From NCBI GenBank assembly GCA_049860595.1, contig CP187551.1: a stretch of 64,000 nucleotides of DNA; one strand, given 5' to 3'. The DNA is from Methanocaldococcus sp. 16A. Lineage in GTDB: Archaea; AGJL01; Methanococci; Methanococcales; Methanocaldococcaceae. The position numbers and the translations under genes were made by a program. The notes beneath the pieces are model-generated. The model made no database searches and was not told the DNA's origin. It saw only the letters and a program-made list of their open reading frames with translations. Shown here in pieces: positions 31,911 to 42,514 of this stretch; position 1 is the first letter of the stretch; each line of letters begins with the position of its first letter.

Positions 31911-32741
31911 GTGATTCTTATGGAGTGGGAAATAACATTTGAAGGAATAACTTATGAATGCATAAATTGTGCTTACTGTTGTTCATGTGAGAAATGGAGA
32001 ATATATTTGAATTATTTTGATAAATTAAAACTTAAAGATTATGAATATGCCATAGAAACTTGTGAAGGGGAGTTTAAGTATAGATTAAAAATTAATGAAA
32101 AAGGATGTATATTATTAGAGAACAATCTATGCAAAGTTCATTTAGAAAAGGGCTATGAATTTAAACCACTAATGTGCATGATTTTCCCTTTTAGTTGTAT
32201 GGTAAAATGGGATGGAACACCTCTTTTAATAATAAAACATTACTGTAAAGGAATTAAAAAAGGAAATATTGATAAAAAAGTTATTGACGAAACTATAGAA
32301 TTAATAAAAGAACTCTATTTTGATAAATTTGAGGAGATTATAGAATGTGGAATGGAACATAGTAGTAAAACAGAAATATTTGAGAATTTTAGAGTTGATT
32401 GGGAAGAGAGAGAAGAGTTTGGAAGATATATTTTCAGCAGTAAAACATTTGATGAAATGTTTGAAAGATGCAAAGAAATTTTTGGTAGCAATGTAAATAT
32501 CCTAAATCTCAAAAAATTTGATGAAATAAAAAAGAATTTATTAAGATACAACACCAAAGAGAATGAGGAAGAAATTTTAAGATATTTATTAGAGATAAAT
32601 AGGAGGGAACATTTTAGAAAACTTCCTTTCTATATAGAGGTTAATAAACTCTTGGATATAGGAGCTTATCTTACTAAATTCAAAAATGTATTTGAGGGGG
32701 AAGGGGAAGTTGATAAAAAATTATTCCTAAATCAACTATAA
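31911..32741 (+). CDS. YkgJ-family cysteine-cluster protein
   Basis: CINCAYCC...C...CKVH..KPLMCMIFPF. Confidence 0.8.
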   Translation: MILMEWEITFEGITYECINCAYCCSCEKWRIYLNYFDKLKLKDYEYAIETCEGEFKYRLKINEKGCILLENNLCKVHLEKGYEFKPLMCMIFPFSCMVKWDGTPLLIIKHYCKGIKKGNIDKKVIDETIELIKELYFDKFEEIIECGMEHSSKTEIFENFRVDWEEREEFGRYIFSSKTFDEMFERCKEIFGSNVNILNLKKFDEIKKNLLRYNTKENEEEILRYLLEINRREHFRKLPFYIEVNKLLDIGAYLTKFKNVFEGEGEVDKKLFLNQL

Positions 32742-32894
32742 AGTTTTATATTTGTATTCTTAACAATAGCTCTACTAAAATACTAATACATAACATAAAT
32801 TTTAATATATGCCCTAAAATAATTATAATCAACGAATAATTACAATTCATGTATCAAAGATTCTACGTTAATTAATCTTATTTGGTGAAATAAT

Positions 32895-33860
32895 ATGGAA
32901 ACAAAAAACAAAAAAGTAAAAGAAAATATGGAAATCTCCGATATATTATTATCACTAACTTACATAATTAAGTCGTATGAATGCCGGGATAAAGGTAATT
33001 TTTTAGAATCAATATATTATCTCGATAAAGCGTTAGAACTAAACCCTAATTTAAAATTTGCAAACTTTTTAAAAGCAATTTCTTTAGTAATTTTAGGGGA
33101 TATCCAAAAATCCACAAAATACCTTGAGGAGATTACAAAAGATTCTAAAGACCCTATGGCCTATGCTTTATTAGGACAATGTTATGAACTTTTAGGAAAT
33201 TTTGACAAAGCATTAGAATGTTATGAAAAATCATTAGGATTTGAAGAAAAATTTGCTACTGCATTTTTCCTTAAAATTTTATGTTTAGGACTTTCAGGTA
33301 AATATGATGAAGTATTAAAATGTTGTAATAGGTTAATATCCTGCACACCAAACTTTATTCCTGCATATATAATTAAAGCAAACATGTTACGTAAGTTAGG
33401 GAGATATGAAGAAGCTTTAGTTTGTATAAATAAAGTGTTAGAGCTAAAAGAAAATGATAAAAACGCCATATATTTGAAGGCATTAATTTTAAAGAGAACA
33501 GGTAAATATGATGAAGCACTAAAATATTATGAAAAGCTTATTGATGATTTAAATGTAACTTGGATTGAGGTGATTAAAGAAGGGATTTATCTATCATTTC
33601 TATTTAATAAGTTAAATCAGGCTGAGAGATATATTGAAATGGGACTAAAATTAAGACCAGATGACGCAAGTCTATGGTATTTCAAAGGCAGATTGTATGA
33701 AAAGCAAAATAAACCTGAAGAAGCTTTAAAATATTATGACAAAGCAATTCAACTTATACCTCACCATACAAAAGCTTTACTCGCTAAAGCAAGAGTATTA
33801 GAAAAATTAGGAAGAGTAAAAGAATCCTTAGAATACTACAATCAAGCACTTGATAGATAG
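32895..33860 (+). CDS. TPR-repeat protein
   Basis: Repeated LGxYEEALxxxxKALEL motifs. Confidence 0.88.
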   Translation: METKNKKVKENMEISDILLSLTYIIKSYECRDKGNFLESIYYLDKALELNPNLKFANFLKAISLVILGDIQKSTKYLEEITKDSKDPMAYALLGQCYELLGNFDKALECYEKSLGFEEKFATAFFLKILCLGLSGKYDEVLKCCNRLISCTPNFIPAYIIKANMLRKLGRYEEALVCINKVLELKENDKNAIYLKALILKRTGKYDEALKYYEKLIDDLNVTWIEVIKEGIYLSFLFNKLNQAERYIEMGLKLRPDDASLWYFKGRLYEKQNKPEEALKYYDKAIQLIPHHTKALLAKARVLEKLGRVKESLEYYNQALDR

Positions 33861-33890
33861 TGATTTTTTATATATTATAGGTGATATTTT

Positions 33891-34865
33891 ATGAATAATG
33901 ATAGACTGCTACCAAGAGTTAATGCTTTAGAAGCTACAACAAATGTTTTAAAAGCTTATAGAGAATTATTTGAAGGAAACCTATTAAAAGCTTTATATTA
34001 TATTGATAAAGCATTAGAATTAGAACCTGATTTTAGATTAGCTTTATTCTTAAAGGGATTAATATTAACAGCTAAAGGAGAAATAAATGAGGCTATTAAA
34101 ACTTATGAAAAATTAGTATATTTTGGAACAAAAAATCCAATTGTTTGGACGTTTCTTGGACAACTATATGGAACATCTGGCAAATGTGAAGATGCGTTAA
34201 AATGTTACGATAAGGCATTAGGTATTGAAAATAGATTTCCTTCTGCATTTTTATTAAAAACTATTTGTCTGGAATTTTTGGGAGAGTATAGAGAGCTATT
34301 AAAAACTTATGATGAGATACTATCTTATGCCCCAAAATTTGTTCCAATGTGGGTCAAAAAAGCTGAAGTCCTCAGAAAGTTAGGAAGATATGAAGAAGCA
34401 CTACTATGTTTAAATAGAGCCTTAGAACTAAAGCCATACGATAAAAACGCTTTATATTTAAAAGGTGTTTTACTAAAGAGAATGGGCAAACCTAAAGAAG
34501 CTATTGAATGTTTTAAAAAATTAATAGATGAACTAAATGTTAAATGGATAGATGCTATAAGGCATGCAGCTTCTTTAATGTTAGCTCTTGGAGACTTAAA
34601 AGATGCCGAAAGATACATAAATATGGGTTTAGAAATACGAGATGATGATGTGTATTTATTGTATTATAAAGGAGAGCTATATGAGCGATTAGGTGAATTA
34701 GACAAAGCAATAGAATGTTTTAATAAAGTCCTCAACCTATTCCCTCACTATACAAAAGCTTTGTTAAACATAGCTAGAATATATGAAAGACAGGGAGACA
34801 TTAAAAAGGCTATTGAATATTACAATAAAGCTATTGAAAATATACATAAAGACCATGAAGAATAA
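33891..34865 (+). CDS. TPR-repeat protein, tandem paralog of the preceding gene
   Basis: Collinear similarity to 32895-33860 (LRKLGRYEEAL, PHxTKALL). Confidence 0.88.
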   Translation: MNNDRLLPRVNALEATTNVLKAYRELFEGNLLKALYYIDKALELEPDFRLALFLKGLILTAKGEINEAIKTYEKLVYFGTKNPIVWTFLGQLYGTSGKCEDALKCYDKALGIENRFPSAFLLKTICLEFLGEYRELLKTYDEILSYAPKFVPMWVKKAEVLRKLGRYEEALLCLNRALELKPYDKNALYLKGVLLKRMGKPKEAIECFKKLIDELNVKWIDAIRHAASLMLALGDLKDAERYINMGLEIRDDDVYLLYYKGELYERLGELDKAIECFNKVLNLFPHYTKALLNIARIYERQGDIKKAIEYYNKAIENIHKDHEE

Positions 34866-34932
34866 TTAATACAAAGTACGTTTCATCTTTTTTTATTTTT
34901 ATATTCTTTATAATTTTCAAAATCAATTTTAA

Positions 34933-36912
34933 GTGGTTTTTATGGAATTTGAAAGATATATTAAAGAAAAGTTTCCATATCCAAAAATTAGAGGGCCTCA
35001 AAAAAAAATGATGCTAAAAATTTACGAATGTATAAAAAACAGGAGAAATTTAATAGTTGAAGCTCCTACAGGTGTTGGGAAAACTCTTGGCTACCTAATT
35101 CCAACTTTATATTTTGCAGAGAAAGGAAAGAGAGTTTTAATATTAACTGAAACAATAGACCAGCAGGTTAGGATATATGAGGATTTAAGCTCTCTAAAGC
35201 ATAATTTAAAGGTTGCATTTCTTATGGGTAAAAGTAACTTTATTTGCAAGTCAAAAGGAGGGAAGGCTAATAGATTATATTGCCAATTGAATAAAAAATG
35301 CCTATATCGACCAAATAAAAGGCCAATTTGTTATTGTGGAACAAAAAAACAGCAAATAAATTTAGGGGATAGGGTTATTTACTACTGTCCATTTTGTACT
35401 TGTGATTATCAAAAGGCAAAAATTGAGAGTATCTTAGCTGATATTATTGTAATGAACAACAGCATGTTTTACTATGCAAAGGAAGATATTGAGGCAAAAA
35501 GAGATATTGACATAATTATTTGCGACGAGGCTCACAAATTAGAAAATAGTATAAGAAATGCATCAACAATAACCATTAATCCAGATTTAGCAATTAATAG
35601 ATTAAAATATATGGCTATATACTATGCACCAAATATTTTAAAAAAGAGATTGGATATTGAAGATGAGAATTTTTGGAAAATTATTGAGAAGTATTTAACA
35701 AGTAGAGGTATAGATATAGATATTTGCAAAGATACTATTATTTATACTGGAGAAGATTTAAGTTCTTGGAAATATAAAACTGAATTGGCTGTGTTAGGAG
35801 CTATTTTAGATGGTTATTATCAAATAAACAATATAAAGTACAAAATATTAAGATTTAATGAAAATGAAGAAATTAGTAATAAGGAGCTTAAATTTGAAAT
35901 TGATAATAAGGCGTTAATTGCTATAGAGCTTGATTTTATCCATAAAAAGAGATTATCTGATATGTATCTTTTAGAATTTATAGAAAATATCAAAAATTTG
36001 AGATATATTAATGAAAACTATGTAATTTATAGAAGTGGAAATTCCTTATTATGTGAGCCAGTTTTTGTTAGCTCTCATTTAAAAGAGCTTTATGATAATG
36101 CTGTAGTTATTCACTGCTCAGCAACTATTGGAAATCTAAAAATGCATGCTTTGAAGACTGGAGTTGAAAAGCCGGAGTTTTTAATTTTAGAAAGCCCATT
36201 TCCAAAAAATAGGAAGAAAATTATAGCTCTAAAAGATGGCGTTGATATGAAGTATGAAAAAAAAGATAGAGAAAAAGCAAATAAAAATTTGTTAAAAATA
36301 TTGGAAGCAATAAATGGAAATTCATTAGTTCTATTTAAAAGCTTTGAGGATTTAGATAGTTTTTACAAATTCCTAAAAAAAGAAATAACAAAAACAAATA
36401 TTAAAAATAAAAATATTCACGTGTATGAGCAGGGAATGGATGGAAAGGAAGCTAAAGAGCTAAAAGAAAGGTTTGAAAAAATTGGAGGGATTTTATTAGC
36501 AACTGGAAGATTTGCTGAGGGTGTTGATATCCCTGGGGAGGCATTGGTTGGGGTTGTTATAGATGCTTTACCTTTCCCTGTTCCTACACCTTTAATATTA
36601 AGAGAACAAAGAATATTAGAAGAGAAATTTAAAAGTAGAGGTATTAGAGATGCTCATTGGAGAGCTTTTTTAATGACATCATTTGATAGAATGGCTAGGA
36701 CTTTAGTACAAATGATTGGAAGATTAATAAGAACAGAGAATGATTATGGAGTTGTAGTTATACAAGATAAGAGGTTTGCAGATTGGGCTGGGAGAGTTAT
36801 GAAAGAAAAAGGTTATTTAAAAGATAATTATGATGTTATGAGTTTAGATATGGCTATAAAATATATTCCAAAGTTTATGAGCCAGTTTAGAATAGGACTT
36901 TCGCAGGAATGA
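34933..36912 (+). CDS. XPD/DinG family helicase
   Basis: APTGVGKT, Cys-rich segment, DEAH, EGVD, QMIGRLIR. Confidence 0.9.
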   Translation: MVFMEFERYIKEKFPYPKIRGPQKKMMLKIYECIKNRRNLIVEAPTGVGKTLGYLIPTLYFAEKGKRVLILTETIDQQVRIYEDLSSLKHNLKVAFLMGKSNFICKSKGGKANRLYCQLNKKCLYRPNKRPICYCGTKKQQINLGDRVIYYCPFCTCDYQKAKIESILADIIVMNNSMFYYAKEDIEAKRDIDIIICDEAHKLENSIRNASTITINPDLAINRLKYMAIYYAPNILKKRLDIEDENFWKIIEKYLTSRGIDIDICKDTIIYTGEDLSSWKYKTELAVLGAILDGYYQINNIKYKILRFNENEEISNKELKFEIDNKALIAIELDFIHKKRLSDMYLLEFIENIKNLRYINENYVIYRSGNSLLCEPVFVSSHLKELYDNAVVIHCSATIGNLKMHALKTGVEKPEFLILESPFPKNRKKIIALKDGVDMKYEKKDREKANKNLLKILEAINGNSLVLFKSFEDLDSFYKFLKKEITKTNIKNKNIHVYEQGMDGKEAKELKERFEKIGGILLATGRFAEGVDIPGEALVGVVIDALPFPVPTPLILREQRILEEKFKSRGIRDAHWRAFLMTSFDRMARTLVQMIGRLIRTENDYGVVVIQDKRFADWAGRVMKEKGYLKDNYDVMSLDMAIKYIPKFMSQFRIGLSQE

Positions 36913-36984
36913 ATTTTTTATTGAATATAGACACCTAAAGGTGTCAAAGTTCCTTTATTACATATAAACTGCGAAAGTCCTATT
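36891..36984. repeat. Family A element containing the helicase stop codon
   Basis: Perfect AATAGGACTTTCGCAG/CTGCGAAAGTCCTATT; inner GACACC-TAAA-GGTGTC. Confidence 0.92.
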
Positions 36985-37058
36985 GAAATTAAATTTTTAT
37001 TTTTTAACTTTTAATCTGTAAATTTAAATTAATTAATATAATATTCAAAAATAAAAAA

Positions 37059-37136
37059 TGGTAGGGCGGCGGGGATTCGAACCCCGGACCACTCGGTTAT
37101 CAGCCGAGCACTCTAACCAGGCTGAGCCACCGCCCT
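37059..37136 (-). tRNA. tRNA-Ile(GAT)
   Basis: Reverse complement CTCGG-CT GAT AA-CCGAG; encoded CCA. Confidence 0.95.
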
Positions 37137-37207
37137 ACAACTCAAAGCAAAAATTAGATAATAATAACTAATATATATACTTTTCGGTTATTTGTGAATC
37201 TAAATTT

Positions 37208-37846
37208 TTATTGTATTGGTACTACTCTAACATTATCATAATAAGCTCTGCCTCCTCCAATCCCTATACCTCCTTTGAGGATTGGTGTGTTATTATCAGT
37301 ATATTCAATATATTTCTGCCCTCCTGCAAGAAAGATTATTTTATTATTCTTTGCTATAACTGTATATCTATAAAAATCAGTTCCTGCAGGAGCTGCATCA
37401 TATGACTCTGCTAATTTTTCTACTTTAGTCCCATTAAATTTATAAAGTATATAACCTCTATCGTATCCTTCTAATTCTATGTAATAACCTGCTTGTGCAT
37501 TATTTATTAATCTAAAGTATATTTTTGGACAGTCACTATCCTCAAATCGTTTTATATCAACAATAAATTTAAAATTAGTGTAATTTTTGTCAATATAAAT
37601 TATTCCATTGTTTATTGGAACTGCAACGTTATTTATTGTTTTTTTATCCTCACTCATTATACTATCAATCTTAAAACCTCCTTCTTTAACTTTCCATTCT
37701 CCAAATGGTGCTTTTTCTCCTATGGAGTAGGAAGAAAAGTCATCATAAAATTCTTTAGGAACAATTTCAAAGCAGCCACATAATCCAATATATACAATCG
37801 GAATTATTAAAGCTACAGTTAGTTTTTTAAGATTCATTATACTCAC
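37208..37846 (-). CDS. Putative lipoprotein with a ConA/DUF1080-like domain
   Basis: Signal peptide ending LCGC; YDDFS, WKVKEG, GGIG..AYYDNVRV. Confidence 0.65.
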   Translation of the reverse strand: MSIMNLKKLTVALIIPIVYIGLCGCFEIVPKEFYDDFSSYSIGEKAPFGEWKVKEGGFKIDSIMSEDKKTINNVAVPINNGIIYIDKNYTNFKFIVDIKRFEDSDCPKIYFRLINNAQAGYYIELEGYDRGYILYKFNGTKVEKLAESYDAAPAGTDFYRYTVIAKNNKIIFLAGGQKYIEYTDNNTPILKGGIGIGGGRAYYDNVRVVPIQ

Positions 37847-38979
37847 CTAGTATTAGCACATTTATACATTGCTTCTATAACATTCTTTAATGTTGTATTA
37901 GTTTTTATTCCTTTTGGATTGTAATGGGTTACTGTAGCTTCAAATCCCATTTCTTTTAATTGATTTATTATATCCTGCATTGGGGGGACTGAAATCTTTA
38001 ACATTTTTCCTATTTGATGAGTATCATAACAACCAATTTGATTTATATTAGCCTCTCCCTTAATTGCATTTAAAATCTTTAAAACTCTTTCACTACATTT
38101 TCTTTCCTCGGCTATTTTTAAAGCCTCTTCAACAAGAGCTTTATCATATAAATTACCAATATACAATGGCCCAGAGAAACCTTTCTCATAACCTTCTTCA
38201 AATTTTTTAATTATTTTAACTCCATTAACATCCTTAACATAACCAAGCATTTCAAATATTTTATCAGCTCTTTTAGCTCCTCTATCTGTAACTAAATAAA
38301 TTCTAACATAATGGTCGGTTGCGTGGCAAAATATTGGTTTTAAAGCAATTTCATATTTTGTAGCCATTCTCATAACATATCCAACTAAAACTCTCAATGC
38401 AAACTCATGACAGTCCCTACCAAATAATGGATAAGCCAAATATTTCCTTAGACATGATTTTTTAGCTCTTCCACATAAAGCAGCTGTATCTGTTGCTGTT
38501 AAACAGAGCAAACCATTTCTTGTTACTAAAGCTCTAATTGCTTGGTCAATATATGGAGCTGGAGAACCAAACGGGTCTATATCAACAACATTGAAAAATC
38601 TAAAGTGTCTTGATAAAAATGTGTTAGCATCTTCATTAAAAACTTCTATATTTTTAATATCATTTAATTGGGCATTATTCAATATTTTTTCATAAGCTTT
38701 TGGATTTATATCATTTAGGAAAACCTTTAACTCTCCATCAAACTTAAGTTCTTTTGCATATCTAAGCCCTCTAATTCCACTCCCCGCTAAAGCATCACAT
38801 ACATAAAATTTATTCAACTTATGATATAAATTTAGAAATGCTTGAACTATCAATACACTTATATCTCTCCCTGTTTTCATTCTTGGGTTGTAAAAGACCT
38901 CATCCTTTTTTGTAACTGTTAATTTATCTGGAACTTCAAAAACTATATTTCCCTCTTTTAGAATCATATTATCACGCAA
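37843..38979 (-). CDS. trm1: tRNA (guanine-26-N2)-dimethyltransferase
   Basis: VFYNP, DALAGSGIRGLRY, DIDPFGSP, TATD. Confidence 0.95.
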   Translation of the reverse strand: MRDNMILKEGNIVFEVPDKLTVTKKDEVFYNPRMKTGRDISVLIVQAFLNLYHKLNKFYVCDALAGSGIRGLRYAKELKFDGELKVFLNDINPKAYEKILNNAQLNDIKNIEVFNEDANTFLSRHFRFFNVVDIDPFGSPAPYIDQAIRALVTRNGLLCLTATDTAALCGRAKKSCLRKYLAYPLFGRDCHEFALRVLVGYVMRMATKYEIALKPIFCHATDHYVRIYLVTDRGAKRADKIFEMLGYVKDVNGVKIIKKFEEGYEKGFSGPLYIGNLYDKALVEEALKIAEERKCSERVLKILNAIKGEANINQIGCYDTHQIGKMLKISVPPMQDIINQLKEMGFEATVTHYNPKGIKTNTTLKNVIEAMYKCANTR

Positions 38980-39000
38980 AAAATATTTTTTGAAAAATTA

Positions 39001-39096
39001 TATAGGACTTTCGCAGGAATAAATTTTTAAAGGCATTTTTGATGCCTTTGGCATCATTTTTTCATTACTTAATATATATACTGCGAAAATTCTATA
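39001..39096. repeat. Family A element
   Basis: TATAGGACTTTCGCAG...GATGCC-TTT-GGCATC...CTGCGAAAATTCTATA. Confidence 0.88.
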
Positions 39097-39203
39097 GTTT
39101 TGTGCAAAAGTATTTATGAATTATAAGGTATTAATGAACGTCTTCCTTTGGAAGGCGTTTAAATCTTTCATATAAAGTTTGATTTATTTTGCACAAAACT
39201 ATA
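39093..39203. repeat. Family B element abutting the family A element (shared TATA)
   Basis: Perfect TATAGTTTTGTGCAAAA/TTTTGCACAAAACTATA; inner AACGTCTTCC-TTT-GGAAGGCGTT. Confidence 0.9.
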
Positions 39204-39265
39204 AAAAAGCTATAAATGAGAAAATTAATTTTAGTTTAAAAATAAAACTAAAAAATTTTATTATA

Positions 39266-42200
39266 TTATTTGTTTATCCTTTCAATGGTAATTTTAACAT
39301 TGTATTTCTCTCCATTTGGAGTCTTTATCTCCCAATCTTTTTCATAATCTGCTTTTATCTCATCAACAAATTCTCCTCTAACTTCTCTCTCAATAATCTC
39401 CTTAAATTCATTTAAATCGAGACCTTCAACTTTAACCTTAATTTTTTCTTCAATATCTAAATCCATATCTTTTCTCATTGCTTGAATTCTTCTTATAACT
39501 TCTCTCATTAACCCTTCTCTTATTAAATCATCAGTAATTTCAGTATTTATAAAGACAGTTCCCTTTGAAAATTCTACTCCAGCAATATGCTCAGGAATCT
39601 CTAACCTAATTTCAACATACTCTGGCTTAATCTCATATCCATCCAATATTACAGCTCCTTCTTTCAATTTTTCCATTAACTCCTTAGCATCTGCTTTATT
39701 CAATGCTTCAACAACCTTTGGAACTTCACTTCTATATCTCTTACCTAACTCCCTGTAGTTTGGTTTTATTATGTATTTGCTACCTTCAACTTCTCCAAAT
39801 TTGATATTTTTGACATTACCCTGCTCTTTTATTATGTATTCAAATCTCTCTACTGCCTTTTTAACTACTTCCCCACCAGCAATAGTTATTTCTTTTAATG
39901 GATATCTTAAGGTGTATTTTATTTTATCTCTTCCTCTGTAGATTGCATCAACTATATCTCTAACTATTGCCATATCTCTCTCTAACTCTTCATCAATAAA
40001 CTCTTCATCAACTTCTATTTTATTCATAAATATACTTTCTTCCATATCTTCTGTTTTTAAGTTTTGATATATTGCCTCAGCAGTGTGTGGAGCTACTGGA
40101 GCCATTATTATAGATAACTTTAATAAGACATAGTAGAGTGTTTGATATGCCGCTAATTTATCAGCATCATCTTTTTCTTTCCAGGTTCTGTCTCTAATCA
40201 ATCTAATATACCATCTACTTAAGTCATTTAATATGAAATCTTTTAATGTCCATGTGTATGTGTGGAAATATGGAATATCAAGGTTTTCAATTGCTATTTT
40301 GGCAACAGTATTTACTCTACTTAAAATCCATCTATCTTCATCTTTTAAATATTCAAAGTATTTTTCATCTGGTTTAAAGTTATCTAACACCATGTAATTT
40401 ACAGCAAACATGTAAGCATTCCATAGAGTGTTGAATAAGCTTAAAACATCATCCATTTCACTCCATACAAACCTTAAATCCTCCCAAACCTTGTTTGCAC
40501 TTAAAAGATAGAATCTTAACAAATCAGCCCCATATTTTTCAACAACATCATCTGGATTAACTATATTACCCAAACTCTTACTCATCTTGTCTCCATGCTC
40601 ATCCAAAGTAAAGCCATGCATTAAACATTTTTTGTATGGGATGTCATTGAATACAATAGCTGAAAGTGCATGTTGTGAATAAAACCACTTAGTAACTTGG
40701 TCATGTCCTTCTGTTATAAAGTCAGCTTTTTTTAATGTTTTTGAACCAATTGAAGCATAAGGAGCCAATCCAGAATCAAACCAAACATCTAAGACATCTG
40801 GAACTCTTTCCATTATTCCTCCACATTCACATCTCAATTTTATTTTATCAACTGTTGGTTTATGCAAATCTTTAATCTCTCCAACTTCATCTTTATTTAT
40901 CATTCTTTCCTTTAATTCTTCAACACTTCCCACAACTATATATTTTCCACATTTCTCACAAACCCAGACAGGGAGAGGGATTCCCCAATACCTTTGCCTA
41001 CTTATATTCCAGTCCCCAACAAACTTAACTCCATTTATATATCTGGTCTCAACCCAGTGAGGTATCCAACTAACTGTTTTTGCATGCTCTATAATATTAT
41101 CTTTAATCTTTGATATCTCCAAGAACCACTGCTCAGTAGCTCTAAACAAGAGAGGTGTTTTACATCTCCAACAGTGTGGATAACTGTGTTTTATTTTTCC
41201 AGCATAAACTAACAATCCTTTATCTTTTAGAGTCTCTATTATGCTATTATCTGCATCTTTAACAAAAATGCCTTTCCATTTTCCTTCTATGTATTTACCT
41301 TCATCATCTATTGGTGAATATATAGGCAGATTGTATTTTTTACCAACTTCAAAGTCCTCTTCCCCATGTCCAGGAGCTGTGTGAACTAAACCAGTTCCTC
41401 CCTCTAAGGTTACATGTTCCCCTAATACTATAGTATGAGCATTTTCTAATTTTGCAAATTCTTTTTGCTTCTCATTCTCATCCAATAATGGATGAATATA
41501 TTTTATTCCTTCTAATTCTTTTCCTTTAACCTTTTTAATTATTTTGTAGTTTTTGATGTTATTAACTTTCTTAGCTTTGTTTATAACCTCCTCAACCAAC
41601 TTTTCAGCAATAATCCAAACTTCTTTTTTGTCATCAAGTTCAACTTCTACATAAGCATAGTCATAATCAGGATGAACAGCTACAGCTAAGTTAGCTATTA
41701 AAGTCCATGGTGTTGTTGTCCAAATTACAACATAGGTGTTTTCTTCATTTGCTAATTTAAATTTTACATAAACTGAGGGGTCGTAAACTTCTTTATACTC
41801 TCCTCTAACTTCATGTTCAGCTAAAGCTGTTTCACATCTTGGACACCAATAAACGACCCTCAAATCTCTTGTTAATAATCCTTTTTCATGAGCAACTTTT
41901 AATGTCCACCAACCTATTTCCATATACTCCTTAGTTATTGGCATGTATGCATTTTCCCAATCTAACCAAACTCCTAAGTTTTTAAACTGATTTTCCATAA
42001 TTTCTTTGTGTTTTAAGGCGAATTCTTTACATTTTTCAATAAATTGTTCTACACCAATTTTTGTTTCTATCTCTTTCTTGTTTTTTATTCCAAACTCATT
42101 TTCAACTTTAACCTCTATTGGTAATCCATGCATGTCCCATCCAGCTTTATCTAAAACATTATATCCTTGCATTCTCTTAAATCTCAAATAAGTATCTTTA

Positions 42201-42385
42201 ATTATCTTATTCCATGCTGTCCCAAGGTGTATAGCTCCAGAACAGTAAGGAGGACCATCAACAAAATAAAATTCTTTATTTCCTTCATTCTTTTTCTTTA
42301 CTTTTTGATATATATCATTCTCTTCCCAAAACTTTTTTATCTTTTTATCCAACTCTCTAAAATTAACTGGCTCTACCTTTTCCAT
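39266..42385 (-). CDS. ileS: Isoleucyl-tRNA synthetase
   Basis: DGPPY, HLGT (HIGH-like), GWDMHGLP, WTTTPWT, WNISRQR, KMSKS. Confidence 0.97.
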   Translation of the reverse strand: MEKVEPVNFRELDKKIKKFWEENDIYQKVKKKNEGNKEFYFVDGPPYCSGAIHLGTAWNKIIKDTYLRFKRMQGYNVLDKAGWDMHGLPIEVKVENEFGIKNKKEIETKIGVEQFIEKCKEFALKHKEIMENQFKNLGVWLDWENAYMPITKEYMEIGWWTLKVAHEKGLLTRDLRVVYWCPRCETALAEHEVRGEYKEVYDPSVYVKFKLANEENTYVVIWTTTPWTLIANLAVAVHPDYDYAYVEVELDDKKEVWIIAEKLVEEVINKAKKVNNIKNYKIIKKVKGKELEGIKYIHPLLDENEKQKEFAKLENAHTIVLGEHVTLEGGTGLVHTAPGHGEEDFEVGKKYNLPIYSPIDDEGKYIEGKWKGIFVKDADNSIIETLKDKGLLVYAGKIKHSYPHCWRCKTPLLFRATEQWFLEISKIKDNIIEHAKTVSWIPHWVETRYINGVKFVGDWNISRQRYWGIPLPVWVCEKCGKYIVVGSVEELKERMINKDEVGEIKDLHKPTVDKIKLRCECGGIMERVPDVLDVWFDSGLAPYASIGSKTLKKADFITEGHDQVTKWFYSQHALSAIVFNDIPYKKCLMHGFTLDEHGDKMSKSLGNIVNPDDVVEKYGADLLRFYLLSANKVWEDLRFVWSEMDDVLSLFNTLWNAYMFAVNYMVLDNFKPDEKYFEYLKDEDRWILSRVNTVAKIAIENLDIPYFHTYTWTLKDFILNDLSRWYIRLIRDRTWKEKDDADKLAAYQTLYYVLLKLSIIMAPVAPHTAEAIYQNLKTEDMEESIFMNKIEVDEEFIDEELERDMAIVRDIVDAIYRGRDKIKYTLRYPLKEITIAGGEVVKKAVERFEYIIKEQGNVKNIKFGEVEGSKYIIKPNYRELGKRYRSEVPKVVEALNKADAKELMEKLKEGAVILDGYEIKPEYVEIRLEIPEHIAGVEFSKGTVFINTEITDDLIREGLMREVIRRIQAMRKDMDLDIEEKIKVKVEGLDLNEFKEIIEREVRGEFVDEIKADYEKDWEIKTPNGEKYNVKITIERINK

Positions 42386-42420
42386 TTAATCACCTCATGT
42401 TAGATATTATATCTAAGATT

Positions 42421-42514
42421 TATAATTTTGTGCAAAATAAACTCAATTAAGGTATTTATAATGCCTTTAGGTATCAAAATATCTTTAAATTTTTATTTCT
42501 GCAAAAGTCTTATT
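42421..42514. repeat. Chimeric element: family B left arm with family A core and right arm
   Basis: TATAATTTTGTGCAAAA...ATGCCTTTAGGTAT...CTGCAAAAGTCTTATT. Confidence 0.7.

Noticed and set aside
32895-34865. Tandem TPR genes next to a helicase as a novel defence system
   Set aside because: TPR-only proteins with no effector domain; as recalled, the same arrangement is in M. jannaschii, suggesting a core locus
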